Source: Chitinophagales bacterium
GTDB lineage: Bacteria; Bacteroidota; Bacteroidia; Chitinophagales; CAIOSU01
DNA: 64,000 nucleotides
Direction of reading: 5' to 3'
NCBI GenBank assembly: GCA_034440455.1
Contig: JAWXCB010000125.1
Span: 1,797 to 65,796 of the forward strand
The position numbers were made by a program, and so were the translations under genes. Below the pieces are notes generated by a model. It had not been told where the DNA came from, ran no database searches, and was given only the letters and a program-made list of their open reading frames with translations. Shown here piece after piece: positions 19,477 to 28,076 of the stretch. The stretch's first letter is position 1, and every line of letters starts with the position of its first letter.

Positions 19477-21006
19477 TTACCAGCCAGTCATGCCTTGTGT
19501 TAATTCCCTGGCAAACCCCATCATCTTCTGCTCCTCAAATCTTCCCGCCATCACTTGCACTCCAAAAGGCATTCCGTTCGTGTGTTTTCCAAGAGGCAGC
19601 GAGATGGAGGGTATTCCCGCAAGGTTTGCCTGCACGGTATAAATATCTGCGAGATACATCTCCACGGGATTCTTTGTCTTTTCGCCTAATGTAAATGCGG
19701 TGCAGGGCGTGGTGGGCAGCAGAATAAAATCGTAGCGGCTGAAAATGGTTTCTGTTGCTTCTTTCAACATACGCCTCACGCGCTGCGCCTGCGTGTAGTA
19801 AGCATCTTGGTAGCCTGCGCTCAATACGAATGTGCCGAGCATGATTCTGCGCTGCACTTCTTTTCCAAAACCTTCGGAGCGCGATTTTTTATAGAGTGAT
19901 TCTACATCGGTAGCCAATGCGCTGCGATGTCCATAGCGCACACCGTCATAGCGCGAAAGATTGCTTGATGCCTCAGCTGTGGTCATGATGTAGTAGGCAG
20001 GAACGATGTATTCCAGCAGCGGAAGTTCTACCTCCGCAATTTCATAGCCTTCCTGCTTCAGCCTATCTAAAATAGATTCCGTTCTTGATTTTATTTCAGG
20101 ATCAAGTCCGGGATGTTCGAGTGTTTGTTTGATAAAGGCAATGGAATATTTCTTTTCAGAAATAGATGCCTCACCCCCACCCCCTCTCCAAAGGAGAGGG
20201 GAGTCTGAGACTAACGGTATTGCAGAATAGAAAGAAAGATTTTCATTTTTTGAAGCGGTGCTGTCATAGTTGTCCGCTCCCGCCATCACTTCGAGCAGGA
20301 GCGCTGCATCCTCCACGGAGTTTGTCAGTGTGCCGATTTGGTCAAATGAAGAAGCATAAGCAATCAGCCCGTGCCGTGATATTCTTCCATAGGTAGGCTT
20401 CATCCCGACTATTCCGCAAAAAGATGCGGGCATGCGCACAGAGCCACCCGTGTCGGAGCCAAGCGCGGCATGACATAATCCCGCTTGCACGGCAGCCGCG
20501 CTCCCGCCTGATGAGCCACCGGCAACTTTTGTGTTGTCGAGATAATTTAATACCGCGCCATAAGCAGAATTTTCATTTGATGAACCCATACCGAATTCAT
20601 CACAATTCAACCTGCCAATGATGATGGCATCTTCAGCCAGGATTCTTTCAACTGCCGTTGCATTGTAAAGCGAGGTGAAGTTTTTAAGAATTTTTGAGGC
20701 AGCCGAAGCCTTGTGTCCTTTGTAGCAGATGTTGTCTTTTATTCCTACAACAAGCCCATGCAGCTTTCCTGCATTTCCCGACTTGATTTTTTTATCAAGC
20801 GCAGTTGCTTTCTCCAGCGCTTCATCTGCAAACACTTCAAGGAAAGCGTTGAGGTGTTTCTGCTCCTCAATTCGTTTAAGAAAAAATTCAACGGCTTGCT
20901 TACAGGTGAAGTTTCCGACAGCCAGTTCTCTTTGTAATAGGGAAAGCGGCTGACGGATGAAATCGAGCGTTAAATGCGGAGTGATGTTGTTGGAATTTAC
21001 AGGCAA
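19477..21006 (-). CDS. gatA: Asp/Glu-tRNA amidotransferase subunit A
   Basis: IKDNI, NCDEFGMGSS, GGSSGGSAAAV, GSDTGGSVR, SRYDGVRYG and RRIMLGTFVLS motifs. Confidence 0.97.
   Translation of the reverse strand: MPVNSNNITPHLTLDFIRQPLSLLQRELAVGNFTCKQAVEFFLKRIEEQKHLNAFLEVFADEALEKATALDKKIKSGNAGKLHGLVVGIKDNICYKGHKASAASKILKNFTSLYNATAVERILAEDAIIIGRLNCDEFGMGSSNENSAYGAVLNYLDNTKVAGGSSGGSAAAVQAGLCHAALGSDTGGSVRMPASFCGIVGMKPTYGRISRHGLIAYASSFDQIGTLTNSVEDAALLLEVMAGADNYDSTASKNENLSFYSAIPLVSDSPLLWRGGGGEASISEKKYSIAFIKQTLEHPGLDPEIKSRTESILDRLKQEGYEIAEVELPLLEYIVPAYYIMTTAEASSNLSRYDGVRYGHRSALATDVESLYKKSRSEGFGKEVQRRIMLGTFVLSAGYQDAYYTQAQRVRRMLKEATETIFSRYDFILLPTTPCTAFTLGEKTKNPVEMYLADIYTVQANLAGIPSISLPLGKHTNGMPFGVQVMAGRFEEQKMMGFARELTQGMTGW
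20168..20204. repeat. GCCTCACCCC...CTCTCC-N-GGAGAGGG palindromic element inside gatA
   Basis: gcctcacccccacccctctccaaaggagaggggagt matches the intergenic copies at 44194-44229 and 58251-58360. Confidence 0.85.
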
Positions 21007-21021
21007 GAAGAATCAGGATGC

Positions 21022-21228
21022 TTACTTTTCGTCAATCTTTGCCTTTTCCTTTCTATCCTCCTCTTTTATCCCTTCTTTAATCTCAGTTTCGATGTTCGAT
21101 TTGGCTGCGTTGAATTCGCGGATGCCTTTTCCTATACCGCGCATCAGTTCGGGAATTTTCTTTCCACCGAAAAGAAGCAGGATTGCCAGTACTATGAGGA
21201 TAATTTCAGGAGTGCCTAAACCAAACAT
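21022..21228 (-). CDS. tatA: Twin-arginine translocase TatA/E
   Basis: [10 protein letters not shown]...[22 protein letters not shown]. Confidence 0.97.
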   Translation of the reverse strand: MFGLGTPEIILIVLAILLLFGGKKIPELMRGIGKGIREFNAAKSNIETEIKEGIKEEDRKEKAKIDEK

Positions 21229-21247
21229 GTTGTCGTAATTATAAACT

Positions 21248-21255
21248 CAAAGTTA
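21248..21255 (-). promoter_or_regulatory. Bacteroidota -7 promoter element (TAACTTTG) for tatA
   Basis: Exact TAnnTTTG about 20 bp upstream of the tatA ATG. Confidence 0.7.
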
Positions 21256-21293
21256 CTGATTGTTGGGATATAGTAAAAATGCCGGAATGTAAT

Positions 21294-21548
21294 TTAAGCA
21301 GCGCGATACGGGCGATAGTTTACGATGGCGTGTTCGGGAGGCAAGGCAATATAATCTTCCGAAACGGCAACTACTTTCAGCGTATGTCCGTGCTGGTCGA
21401 AAAACTCAAGCATGTAGCCCGTGCTATTCCTGTTGTCTTTCATTACTTCTACAATCGTGGCGACATCTCCCGCTTCAAAACGAAACTCAGGCAACGGTTT
21501 TGCCAACTGAATCTGCGTATAAAGTTTGAATGGTGTTTCCATGTTCAT
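21294..21548 (-). CDS. DUF4926-like small protein (putative antitoxin/immunity)
   Basis: LPEFRFEAGDVATIVE...GYMLEFFDQHGHTLKVVAV. Confidence 0.8.
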   Translation of the reverse strand: MNMETPFKLYTQIQLAKPLPEFRFEAGDVATIVEVMKDNRNSTGYMLEFFDQHGHTLKVVAVSEDYIALPPEHAIVNYRPYRAA

Positions 21549-21561
21549 TTCAAAATTAAAA

Positions 21562-21870
21562 TTACTGCAGAAATAATGTAATGAACCTAAATTTATCCGC
21601 GTCTGTACGCAGCAACCAAATAGTAATTACCTCTGCACTTTTCAACTTGCCTTTCACTTCATACACTTCTCCGAACTGTGTTTTTTGCTGCAACAGCGCT
21701 TCATAATTTGTTGCAATGTATTTTATGTCTTGTGCCGATTCTTGCGCGTTCTCCGTTGAATAACCAAGTTTGAAAAGAAATGCCAACTTATCATTCTTTG
21801 CTTTCTGCACAAGCAGGTAATCGGTAATCTTTTCTTCCGGTATCTCGATTTTTTCTGGAGGTATGCGCAT
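21562..21870 (-). CDS. DUF6883-like protein (putative toxin/nuclease fold)
   Basis: IPEEKITDYLL...DK..FL..LGY...TQFGEVYEV.G.L....ITIW.......RFITL. Paired with the DUF4926 gene. Confidence 0.7.
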   Translation of the reverse strand: MRIPPEKIEIPEEKITDYLLVQKAKNDKLAFLFKLGYSTENAQESAQDIKYIATNYEALLQQKTQFGEVYEVKGKLKSAEVITIWLLRTDADKFRFITLFLQ

Positions 21871-21904
21871 TAGTTACCCCTTTTTATTGATGCAGCACTT
21901 TCAA

Positions 21905-23278
21905 CTACTGATTGTTGGGATATATCCACAAAGCGGGATTGAGTTTCTGCGTTCCCTTCCAGAGTTCGAGATGCACTTTTGATTCGCCCGCCTTTTCATC
22001 GGTATAAACCAAGCCGAGCGGCTGCTTCACGGTTACCTCATCACCTGTACTCACAAACACTTCTTTTAGATTTGAATACACCGTAAAATATTCTCCGTGG
22101 CGCAGCATTACCGCGCGTTGAAATCCGGGATTATACATCACCGTAATAACAGTGCCCTGAAACAGCGAGCGCGCCTGCGCGTTTGTGTTGGTGCAAACAT
22201 CCACGCCATTATTTACGATTTTGATGGATTTCAATACCGGATGCGCGTGCTCGCCAAAAGATTCGCAGATAACGCCTTTCTCAACGGGCCATGGCAATCT
22301 GCCTTGATTGCTGGCGAAACCTGCCGAGAGTTTTGCCGCTTCAGGCGTGGCAGAAAGCACGTTGGTTTTTGTTGAGGTAGTTTTTGTTTTTGCAGCTTCT
22401 GCTTCGGCTCTCTTCTTTGCCGCTTCAATTTCACGCTTAATAATTTCTTCAATCTTTTTGCTGAGGTTATCCGCAGCTTGCCTTTTTTTCTCGATGTCGT
22501 CACCCAGATGCTTCTCTTGCTTTTTTAACTGAGTAATAATTTTATCGGTTTCCTCCTTTTCTTCATCTAATTTTTTTCGCTGGCTCTGCTCGGTTTCCAG
22601 CAGTTTTTGCTTGTCGGTTTTTCTTCCCATTTGTTCCTGCCGCTTGCGCTCAAGCGATAGTTTGGTTTCTTCAATCACTTCTGCCTGCTTTTTGCGAAAC
22701 TCACCAAACTGTTGCAGGTAGCGAACGCGCGCAAATGCGTCATTAAAACTTTCTGCATTGAAAATGAAAATCAACTGGTTGAGCGCAGAGCGGTTTTTGT
22801 ACATATTGTACAACATGCCCGCATATTCTTTTTTCAGTTCCACTAAATCTTCTTCCAGCGCAACGATAATGGCGCTCGTCTCATCCAACTGTTCGTCAAT
22901 CACCGACATCTCTTTGTTGATGTTGCCGATCACTTTTTCACGCAGTTGAATTTGCTGACGCAGCGTTTGCAGTTGATTGAGTGTAAGTTGTTTGTTCTCA
23001 CTGGTCTCTTTCAGCAGCTTTTTTGTGTACTCAATTTCTTGCTCGAGTTTTTTGCGTTCCTTTTCTAATTTTTCGCGGTCTTGGGAGTAGGAAGGAAAGA
23101 AAATAAATAGAGCGAGAAGAATAATTATAAACGGAGTGCTGCTGCGTATGATTGCCTCACCCCGCCCCTCTCCATTTGGAGAGAGAGTCCGGACATTATT
23201 GCAATGATTGAAAGTTGTTTTACTGTCGTCTGTGGACTGTTGAATGTTGACTTTCATCCGCTGGACTTCCTCACTCAT
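21905..23278 (-). CDS. envC: Murein hydrolase activator EnvC (M23 family)
   Basis: Long coiled coil plus GRLPWPVEKG...NNGVD...RHGEYFTVYSNL...VHLELWK. Start placed at the ATG overlapping the DUF4292 stop (uncertain). Confidence 0.88.
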   Translation of the reverse strand: MSEEVQRMKVNIQQSTDDSKTTFNHCNNVRTLSPNGEGRGEAIIRSSTPFIIILLALFIFFPSYSQDREKLEKERKKLEQEIEYTKKLLKETSENKQLTLNQLQTLRQQIQLREKVIGNINKEMSVIDEQLDETSAIIVALEEDLVELKKEYAGMLYNMYKNRSALNQLIFIFNAESFNDAFARVRYLQQFGEFRKKQAEVIEETKLSLERKRQEQMGRKTDKQKLLETEQSQRKKLDEEKEETDKIITQLKKQEKHLGDDIEKKRQAADNLSKKIEEIIKREIEAAKKRAEAEAAKTKTTSTKTNVLSATPEAAKLSAGFASNQGRLPWPVEKGVICESFGEHAHPVLKSIKIVNNGVDVCTNTNAQARSLFQGTVITVMYNPGFQRAVMLRHGEYFTVYSNLKEVFVSTGDEVTVKQPLGLVYTDEKAGESKVHLELWKGTQKLNPALWIYPNNQ

Positions 23279-24047
23279 ATTTTTCGCTGACCTGAAAGGG
23301 AAACGTAAGCGGCTCATCCCACTTAACTTTTGAAAACTTGAGCGATAACTCAATAGGTTCATCTGCTTTAACGCTGATTGTTCTTGCGTATGAAAATAGC
23401 CGCTCCTCTTCAGATTTATATTCGTCAAATACTAACAAAATGCTTCTCCCGGATTGTATATCAGTGAGATGTTCTGTGGATATTGCCAGATTGTCGCTGT
23501 CAAAACTGAGCGTGTATTTATATTGTTCATTTTCGGAAGCGACTGTGTATTTATTTTTCTCCTGCTTGATTTTGGCTTGTTCAGGCGCGATAAAAAGGGC
23601 GTTGCCGACAAGCATCTTTTGCAGCAAATCAATTTTCAGCGGAAAAGAAAAATATTGCTCCAGCAGCGACAACGGCTCGTGGCGATAGATTTTATTGAGC
23701 CGGTCAAGCAGAAAAACGGAATCGTTGTGAATCAGCAATCGCGCAACTTCAACGCCCAGCATTGAAGTGACGGAAATCCAAATGACGCTGTCTTTGCGCA
23801 TGCGGATTGCGGCAGTAAAACTTTTTGAGGTGGAATTGTCTTCATAACTCACCCGCGCTTTTGCGGAAAACCATTCATATTGAATGCGACTATTTCCCAA
23901 CGTAACAAGCAGCGAGTCAGCAGGATTTTTTTTGCTTCTGCTGCCGGAAATCTCTTTTGATGATTTGCAGGAAGAAAGGGAAAGGAGGGTGATATAAAAA
24001 AATAAGGCGATCCAAAGTGGGTGAAATGCAGGATGCTTACTCTCCAC
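23271..24047 (-). CDS. DUF4292 lipoprotein
   Basis: Lipobox LSSC; IRMRKDSVIWIS...LGVEVAR...DRLNK...FPF.VSEKY. Confidence 0.9.
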   Translation of the reverse strand: MESKHPAFHPLWIALFFYITLLSLSSCKSSKEISGSRSKKNPADSLLVTLGNSRIQYEWFSAKARVSYEDNSTSKSFTAAIRMRKDSVIWISVTSMLGVEVARLLIHNDSVFLLDRLNKIYRHEPLSLLEQYFSFPLKIDLLQKMLVGNALFIAPEQAKIKQEKNKYTVASENEQYKYTLSFDSDNLAISTEHLTDIQSGRSILLVFDEYKSEEERLFSYARTISVKADEPIELSLKFSKVKWDEPLTFPFQVSEKYE

Positions 24048-24492
24048 AAACTTTAAGTATTTCTTGGATGATGTTAGGAGAAACTCTGAAATCAGTTTTC
24101 TGAAGTTCGTTTACCAACGGTTTTACCTTAGCAATTATTCTGTCTTGCTTTGCTTTCACTAAAACTCCGAGCGTTCCTGTAATTTTCAGATTCAATGATT
24201 TTGCGACTTTTCTGGCGCGTAAATCATCAAGGATGATGGTTGCGTGTTGTTTCTCAATAGCCAGCGTGAGCGCACTTGCTTCTCCCTTATCTAAAACTTG
24301 TTCCAGCGTTTTTTGAAGAAAAACATCTTTAGGTTCTTCAACGATAATCCAGTCCGGCACAGGGTTGCCATATTCCTGAAGAATATCGGGTGTAATGTAA
24401 ACAGTTTGATAGCAGAGCCTGAGTAAATCTATTTGACTGATTTTATTCAGCAAGACAAGGCAGCTTGTGTCTGAAATAATAATTTCAGGCAT
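24037..24492 (-). CDS. DUF3368 PIN-domain toxin (VapC-like)
   Basis: IISDTSCL, LDKGEASALTLA, ILDDLRARKVA and ITGTLGVL motifs. Confidence 0.92.
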   Translation of the reverse strand: MPEIIISDTSCLVLLNKISQIDLLRLCYQTVYITPDILQEYGNPVPDWIIVEEPKDVFLQKTLEQVLDKGEASALTLAIEKQHATIILDDLRARKVAKSLNLKITGTLGVLVKAKQDRIIAKVKPLVNELQKTDFRVSPNIIQEILKVCGE

Positions 24493-24709
24493 TTTCTACA
24501 TCGGATAAAAGGTCGTCAACTGATTTGCTGAAAATAGAGAACCCGTACTTTCCCATAATTTCAATGAATGAGCGTTTGCTTAAACCCGCTAAATCAGAAG
24601 CCTGTCCAAGACTTAGCTTTCCTCGCTCATACAATTCACCTGCAAGGATGATTTTTATTTCATCTTCAGTAAGGTCGGAAATGGTCGGGAGTTTTACTTG
24701 TAATATCAT
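24485..24709 (-). CDS. UPF0175 antitoxin
   Basis: LYERGKLSLGQASDLAGLSKRSFIEIMGKYG. Overlaps the toxin start. Confidence 0.92.
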   Translation of the reverse strand: MILQVKLPTISDLTEDEIKIILAGELYERGKLSLGQASDLAGLSKRSFIEIMGKYGFSIFSKSVDDLLSDVENA

Positions 24710-24775
24710 GACTTGCTTGTTTTGTGAAAATATAATAGGAAACAAAAAACTTTCCGCAACCCCGATTGCACAAAG

Positions 24776-26533
24776 TTATTCGTACATCTTCTTATCGGCA
24801 ATCTTCTTCCCGATAAGCTCCGACTCTGAGCCGAGCGACTTTGCCTTTTGCCAATAGCTCACTGCTTTGTCCACTTCGCCTAATTTGAAAAGAATGTCGC
24901 CATAGTGTTCAAGCAGCACCGGGCTTTCCTCGTCTGTGTTTTCAATCGCTTTTTCAATCCACTCGCGCGCGCCTTTATAGTCTTCCATTTTATAGAGAAT
25001 CCATGCGTAGGTGTCTTCAAATGAAGCATTTCCCGGCACCAACTGAATGGATTTAAACGACATCTCTTTTGCGCGTTCGAGATTTGCCGAGCGTAGCGAT
25101 AAATAATAAGCGTAATTATTCAGCGTGTAAGAATTGTCACCATCAAACAGCAATGCTTTTTCAAACGAACTGTCAGAGTTGGCGTAATCTTCCAGATAGT
25201 TGTATGCTTCTCCAAGGCTCGATAGCATTTGCGATTTCAACAGCGGGTTTTCAACCACCAATGCTTCGCCAAGACTGAGAATCTCTACCGCATCTTTATA
25301 TTTCTTTAACTGGTTTTTCGAGATGCCGTTAAAGAAATAGACCAACGGCTGGCTGGGAAATAATTCAAGCGCAGAAGCGGTTGTCTTCTCCAATTCTTCA
25401 TACTGACGCAATTCGTTGTGGATGAAAAAAAGCTGCTGCCACACTTCAAACACGCTGCTGTCAATTTCCAACGCCTGCTCGTATTGCGCGAGCGCGTCCT
25501 CCATCTGCTTATCCTGATAAAGCATGTCGCCATAAATAGCGTGCGCTTTCGCTTCGCCCGGATGCGTTTCAATAAGCAGTTGCGCAAGCATGAATGCTTC
25601 TTCTCTCTTTTCCTGTTGCCCTGACATTAATTGTTGCAGATAAGGAAACAAGATGCGCACTTTCGCATCAATACTTAATTGCGGATTAGAGAATGCCTTT
25701 TTCAAATACTCCATTGCCAAATCATTCTGCCCTTTCATGCGATACATGTCAGCGAAGTAGAGCATCGCATTCGGATTGTCTTTGTCAATTTGCAACAACT
25801 CCTCATAAACTTTTGCCGCTTTATCCTTCATGTCATTTGCCTCATAGAGGTCGGCAAGCATCTTGTAGTAACTTGGCTCGGAAGGGTCGCTGTTAATCAG
25901 TTTTCTTACTTCGCTTGCCGCCTTATCAATTTTCCCCATGCGGACATATAACCGTTGCTTTTGCGCAATCACTTCCGGATCCAGCCCGAACTTACTTTCA
26001 TACTGGTCATACACTTTCACTGCTTCTTCTAATTTTTCCGCTTTCACAAGCATGAATGCCCAATCGAAATACAACTCCAGTTCATTCGGACTTTGCTTCA
26101 GCAGTCTTTCATACACCCCTGCTGCTTCCATGAATTGTCCTTTGTAAGACAATACCTCTGCATAGAGTAAAGAATACCACTTGTTCGCGGGGTCAAGGCG
26201 CACAGCCTCTTTGATATTTCTGAGCGACTGGTCGAAATCGCCCATGCGAAAAAAGATGAATGCTAATTCATAATACGCGCCATGATTCTGCGGGTCGAGC
26301 TTCAGCGATTTTTGAAATTGCTTGACTGCTTCCTCGTGGTCTTCAAGCATTTTGGCTTTGATACCGTCAATGTATGCTTCCTGCGCTGCCTGATTTTCGG
26401 GAGCTAAATCAGCGGTAACGGTTTGCGCCTGCGATTTTTGCGCAGTAGCGACTTCTTTCCCGGAGCTGCAACCAAACAGAATAAAAAATGCTGTCAGCAG
26501 GGGTACAAGAGAGAGAGAGTTTGTTTTCTTCAT
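24776..26533 (-). CDS. TPR-repeat lipoprotein
   Basis: Lipobox LFGC, many TPR repeats, LNNYAYYLS...DTYAWIL...EHYGDIL. Confidence 0.93.
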   Translation of the reverse strand: MKKTNSLSLVPLLTAFFILFGCSSGKEVATAQKSQAQTVTADLAPENQAAQEAYIDGIKAKMLEDHEEAVKQFQKSLKLDPQNHGAYYELAFIFFRMGDFDQSLRNIKEAVRLDPANKWYSLLYAEVLSYKGQFMEAAGVYERLLKQSPNELELYFDWAFMLVKAEKLEEAVKVYDQYESKFGLDPEVIAQKQRLYVRMGKIDKAASEVRKLINSDPSEPSYYKMLADLYEANDMKDKAAKVYEELLQIDKDNPNAMLYFADMYRMKGQNDLAMEYLKKAFSNPQLSIDAKVRILFPYLQQLMSGQQEKREEAFMLAQLLIETHPGEAKAHAIYGDMLYQDKQMEDALAQYEQALEIDSSVFEVWQQLFFIHNELRQYEELEKTTASALELFPSQPLVYFFNGISKNQLKKYKDAVEILSLGEALVVENPLLKSQMLSSLGEAYNYLEDYANSDSSFEKALLFDGDNSYTLNNYAYYLSLRSANLERAKEMSFKSIQLVPGNASFEDTYAWILYKMEDYKGAREWIEKAIENTDEESPVLLEHYGDILFKLGEVDKAVSYWQKAKSLGSESELIGKKIADKKMYE

Positions 26534-27531
26534 TGCATTGTTGTGTAATCACCAATGCTCACATCTTCGGGCTTTGCTTTCAGGTGAACATGATTGCCTA
26601 CCATTGAGTTCGCAATCACTTTGCCTTCAATTTGTGTGTGATTCTGGATAATACTATTCGTAATAACGGAATTGCGCACGATGGAATTGTCGCCAATTGA
26701 CACATGCGGTCCAATGACCGACTGGGTGATGTGTACATTTCGACCAACGTAGCACGGCTCAATCACAAGCGCATCTTTCAATACTACTTCATCGGTTTTG
26801 CTATGCAGGTGCTTTCCCATTTCAAGCACACGCTGGTTGGTATAAACCGTTGCGTCTTTGTTTCCGCAATCAAACCACTCCAGCACTTCGCCCGCTTTGA
26901 TTTTCATTCCCTTGTTCTTCATGTTCTCTAACGCGCTTGTCAACTGATACTCGCCTTTATCTTTCACATTATTATCAATCAGGAATTGCAATTCTTTGTG
27001 CAAATTTTCTCCATCCTTAAAATAATAGATGCCGATAATGGCGAGGTCGGAAACAAAATGCTGCGGCTTCTCGACAAATTCAGTGATAACTCCATCTTTC
27101 GTCAGTTTTACCACGCCAAACGATGAAGGGTTTTCTACTTTATGCACCCAAATCACACCTTCTTCTTTTGCATCTACTTTAAAGTTAGCGCGGAACAACG
27201 TGTCAGCAAATGCAACAATCAGGTTGCCCTTCAATGCGCTTGCAGCGCAGAGAATCGCATGCGCAGTTCCGAGTGGTTCATCCTGATAGTGAATCGTGCC
27301 TTTTGCGCCAAGGTCTTCCGCAATTTTCACCAACTGCTTTTCCACTTCCGCTCCGAAGTCGCCAATCACGTAGGCAATTTCATCTACCTTTTCTCCGCTC
27401 ATGCGGCTGATGTCTTCCACGAGATGTTGCACGATTGGTTTTCCCGCAACCGGAATCAGCGGCTTGGGAATCGTGAGGGTATGCGGGCGCATCCGTTTGC
27501 CCATACCTGCCATTGGAACGATAATCTTCAT
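26530..27531 (-). CDS. Sugar-phosphate nucleotidyltransferase
   Basis: PMAGMGKRMRPHT...PKPL, FVEKP, GEYQLT, DCGNK and a C-terminal hexapeptide region. Confidence 0.93.
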   Translation of the reverse strand: MKIIVPMAGMGKRMRPHTLTIPKPLIPVAGKPIVQHLVEDISRMSGEKVDEIAYVIGDFGAEVEKQLVKIAEDLGAKGTIHYQDEPLGTAHAILCAASALKGNLIVAFADTLFRANFKVDAKEEGVIWVHKVENPSSFGVVKLTKDGVITEFVEKPQHFVSDLAIIGIYYFKDGENLHKELQFLIDNNVKDKGEYQLTSALENMKNKGMKIKAGEVLEWFDCGNKDATVYTNQRVLEMGKHLHSKTDEVVLKDALVIEPCYVGRNVHITQSVIGPHVSIGDNSIVRNSVITNSIIQNHTQIEGKVIANSMVGNHVHLKAKPEDVSIGDYTTMQ

Positions 27532-27615
27532 TGCTTGTGTATTGAGGGTTGGGGGAGGTGTGTTGTGATATAAATTTTTTTCATTTTCAAATTACCGAAT
27601 CATCAAATCATCTTA

Positions 27616-28053
27616 TTACCTTACTCCGGTGTGTCCGAATCCGCCTGCGCCTCTTTCTGTTTCTGCTAACTCAATAGATTCCACAAACGCAGCTTTTTCA
27701 TATTTCGCGATAATCATTTGCGCCACGCGATCGCCAGAACGAACAGTGAAATTTTCTTGTGAAAGATTAATCAGAATCACGCCTACCTCTCCGCGATAGT
27801 CCGCATCAATCGTGCCGGGCGAATTGAGCACGGTAACTCCGTTTTTAAAAGCTAACCCGCTGCGCGGACGTACCTGCGCTTCGTAACCTTCAGGCAATTC
27901 AAGAAACAATCCGGTGGGAATCAGTTTTCTTTCAAGCGGCTTCAAAACAATTTCCCCATTGGGTAAAAAAGCCATCAAATCAACGCCAGCCGAATGCCCG
28001 GTTTTGTATTCCGGCACAGGGTTATTTGAACGATTAATAATTTTTATACGCAT
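27616..28053 (-). CDS. dut: dUTP diphosphatase
   Basis: [27 protein letters not shown] and [11 protein letters not shown] motifs. Start MRIKIIN at 28053. Confidence 0.97.
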   Translation of the reverse strand: MRIKIINRSNNPVPEYKTGHSAGVDLMAFLPNGEIVLKPLERKLIPTGLFLELPEGYEAQVRPRSGLAFKNGVTVLNSPGTIDADYRGEVGVILINLSQENFTVRSGDRVAQMIIAKYEKAAFVESIELAETERGAGGFGHTGVR

Positions 28054-28076
28054 GGCGGCAAAGATAACAGTCTGTA

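Larger units (their letters stand above)
21254..21924. mobile_element. Two-gene cassette bounded by perfect 19-bp direct repeats
   Basis: tactgattgttgggatata at 21254-21272 and 21906-21924. The latter copy is the envC 3' end. Confidence 0.75.

Noticed and set aside
21014-24041. Identical 13-mer caggatgcttact at the stops of tatA and the DUF3368 toxin
   Set aside because: Many 13-bp matches are expected by chance in 64 kb, and these do not bound a coherent element.
26508-26519. (AG)6 tract in the TPR lipoprotein signal sequence as a phase-variation switch
   Set aside because: The tract is short, the gene is in frame and conserved, and there is no evidence of variation.
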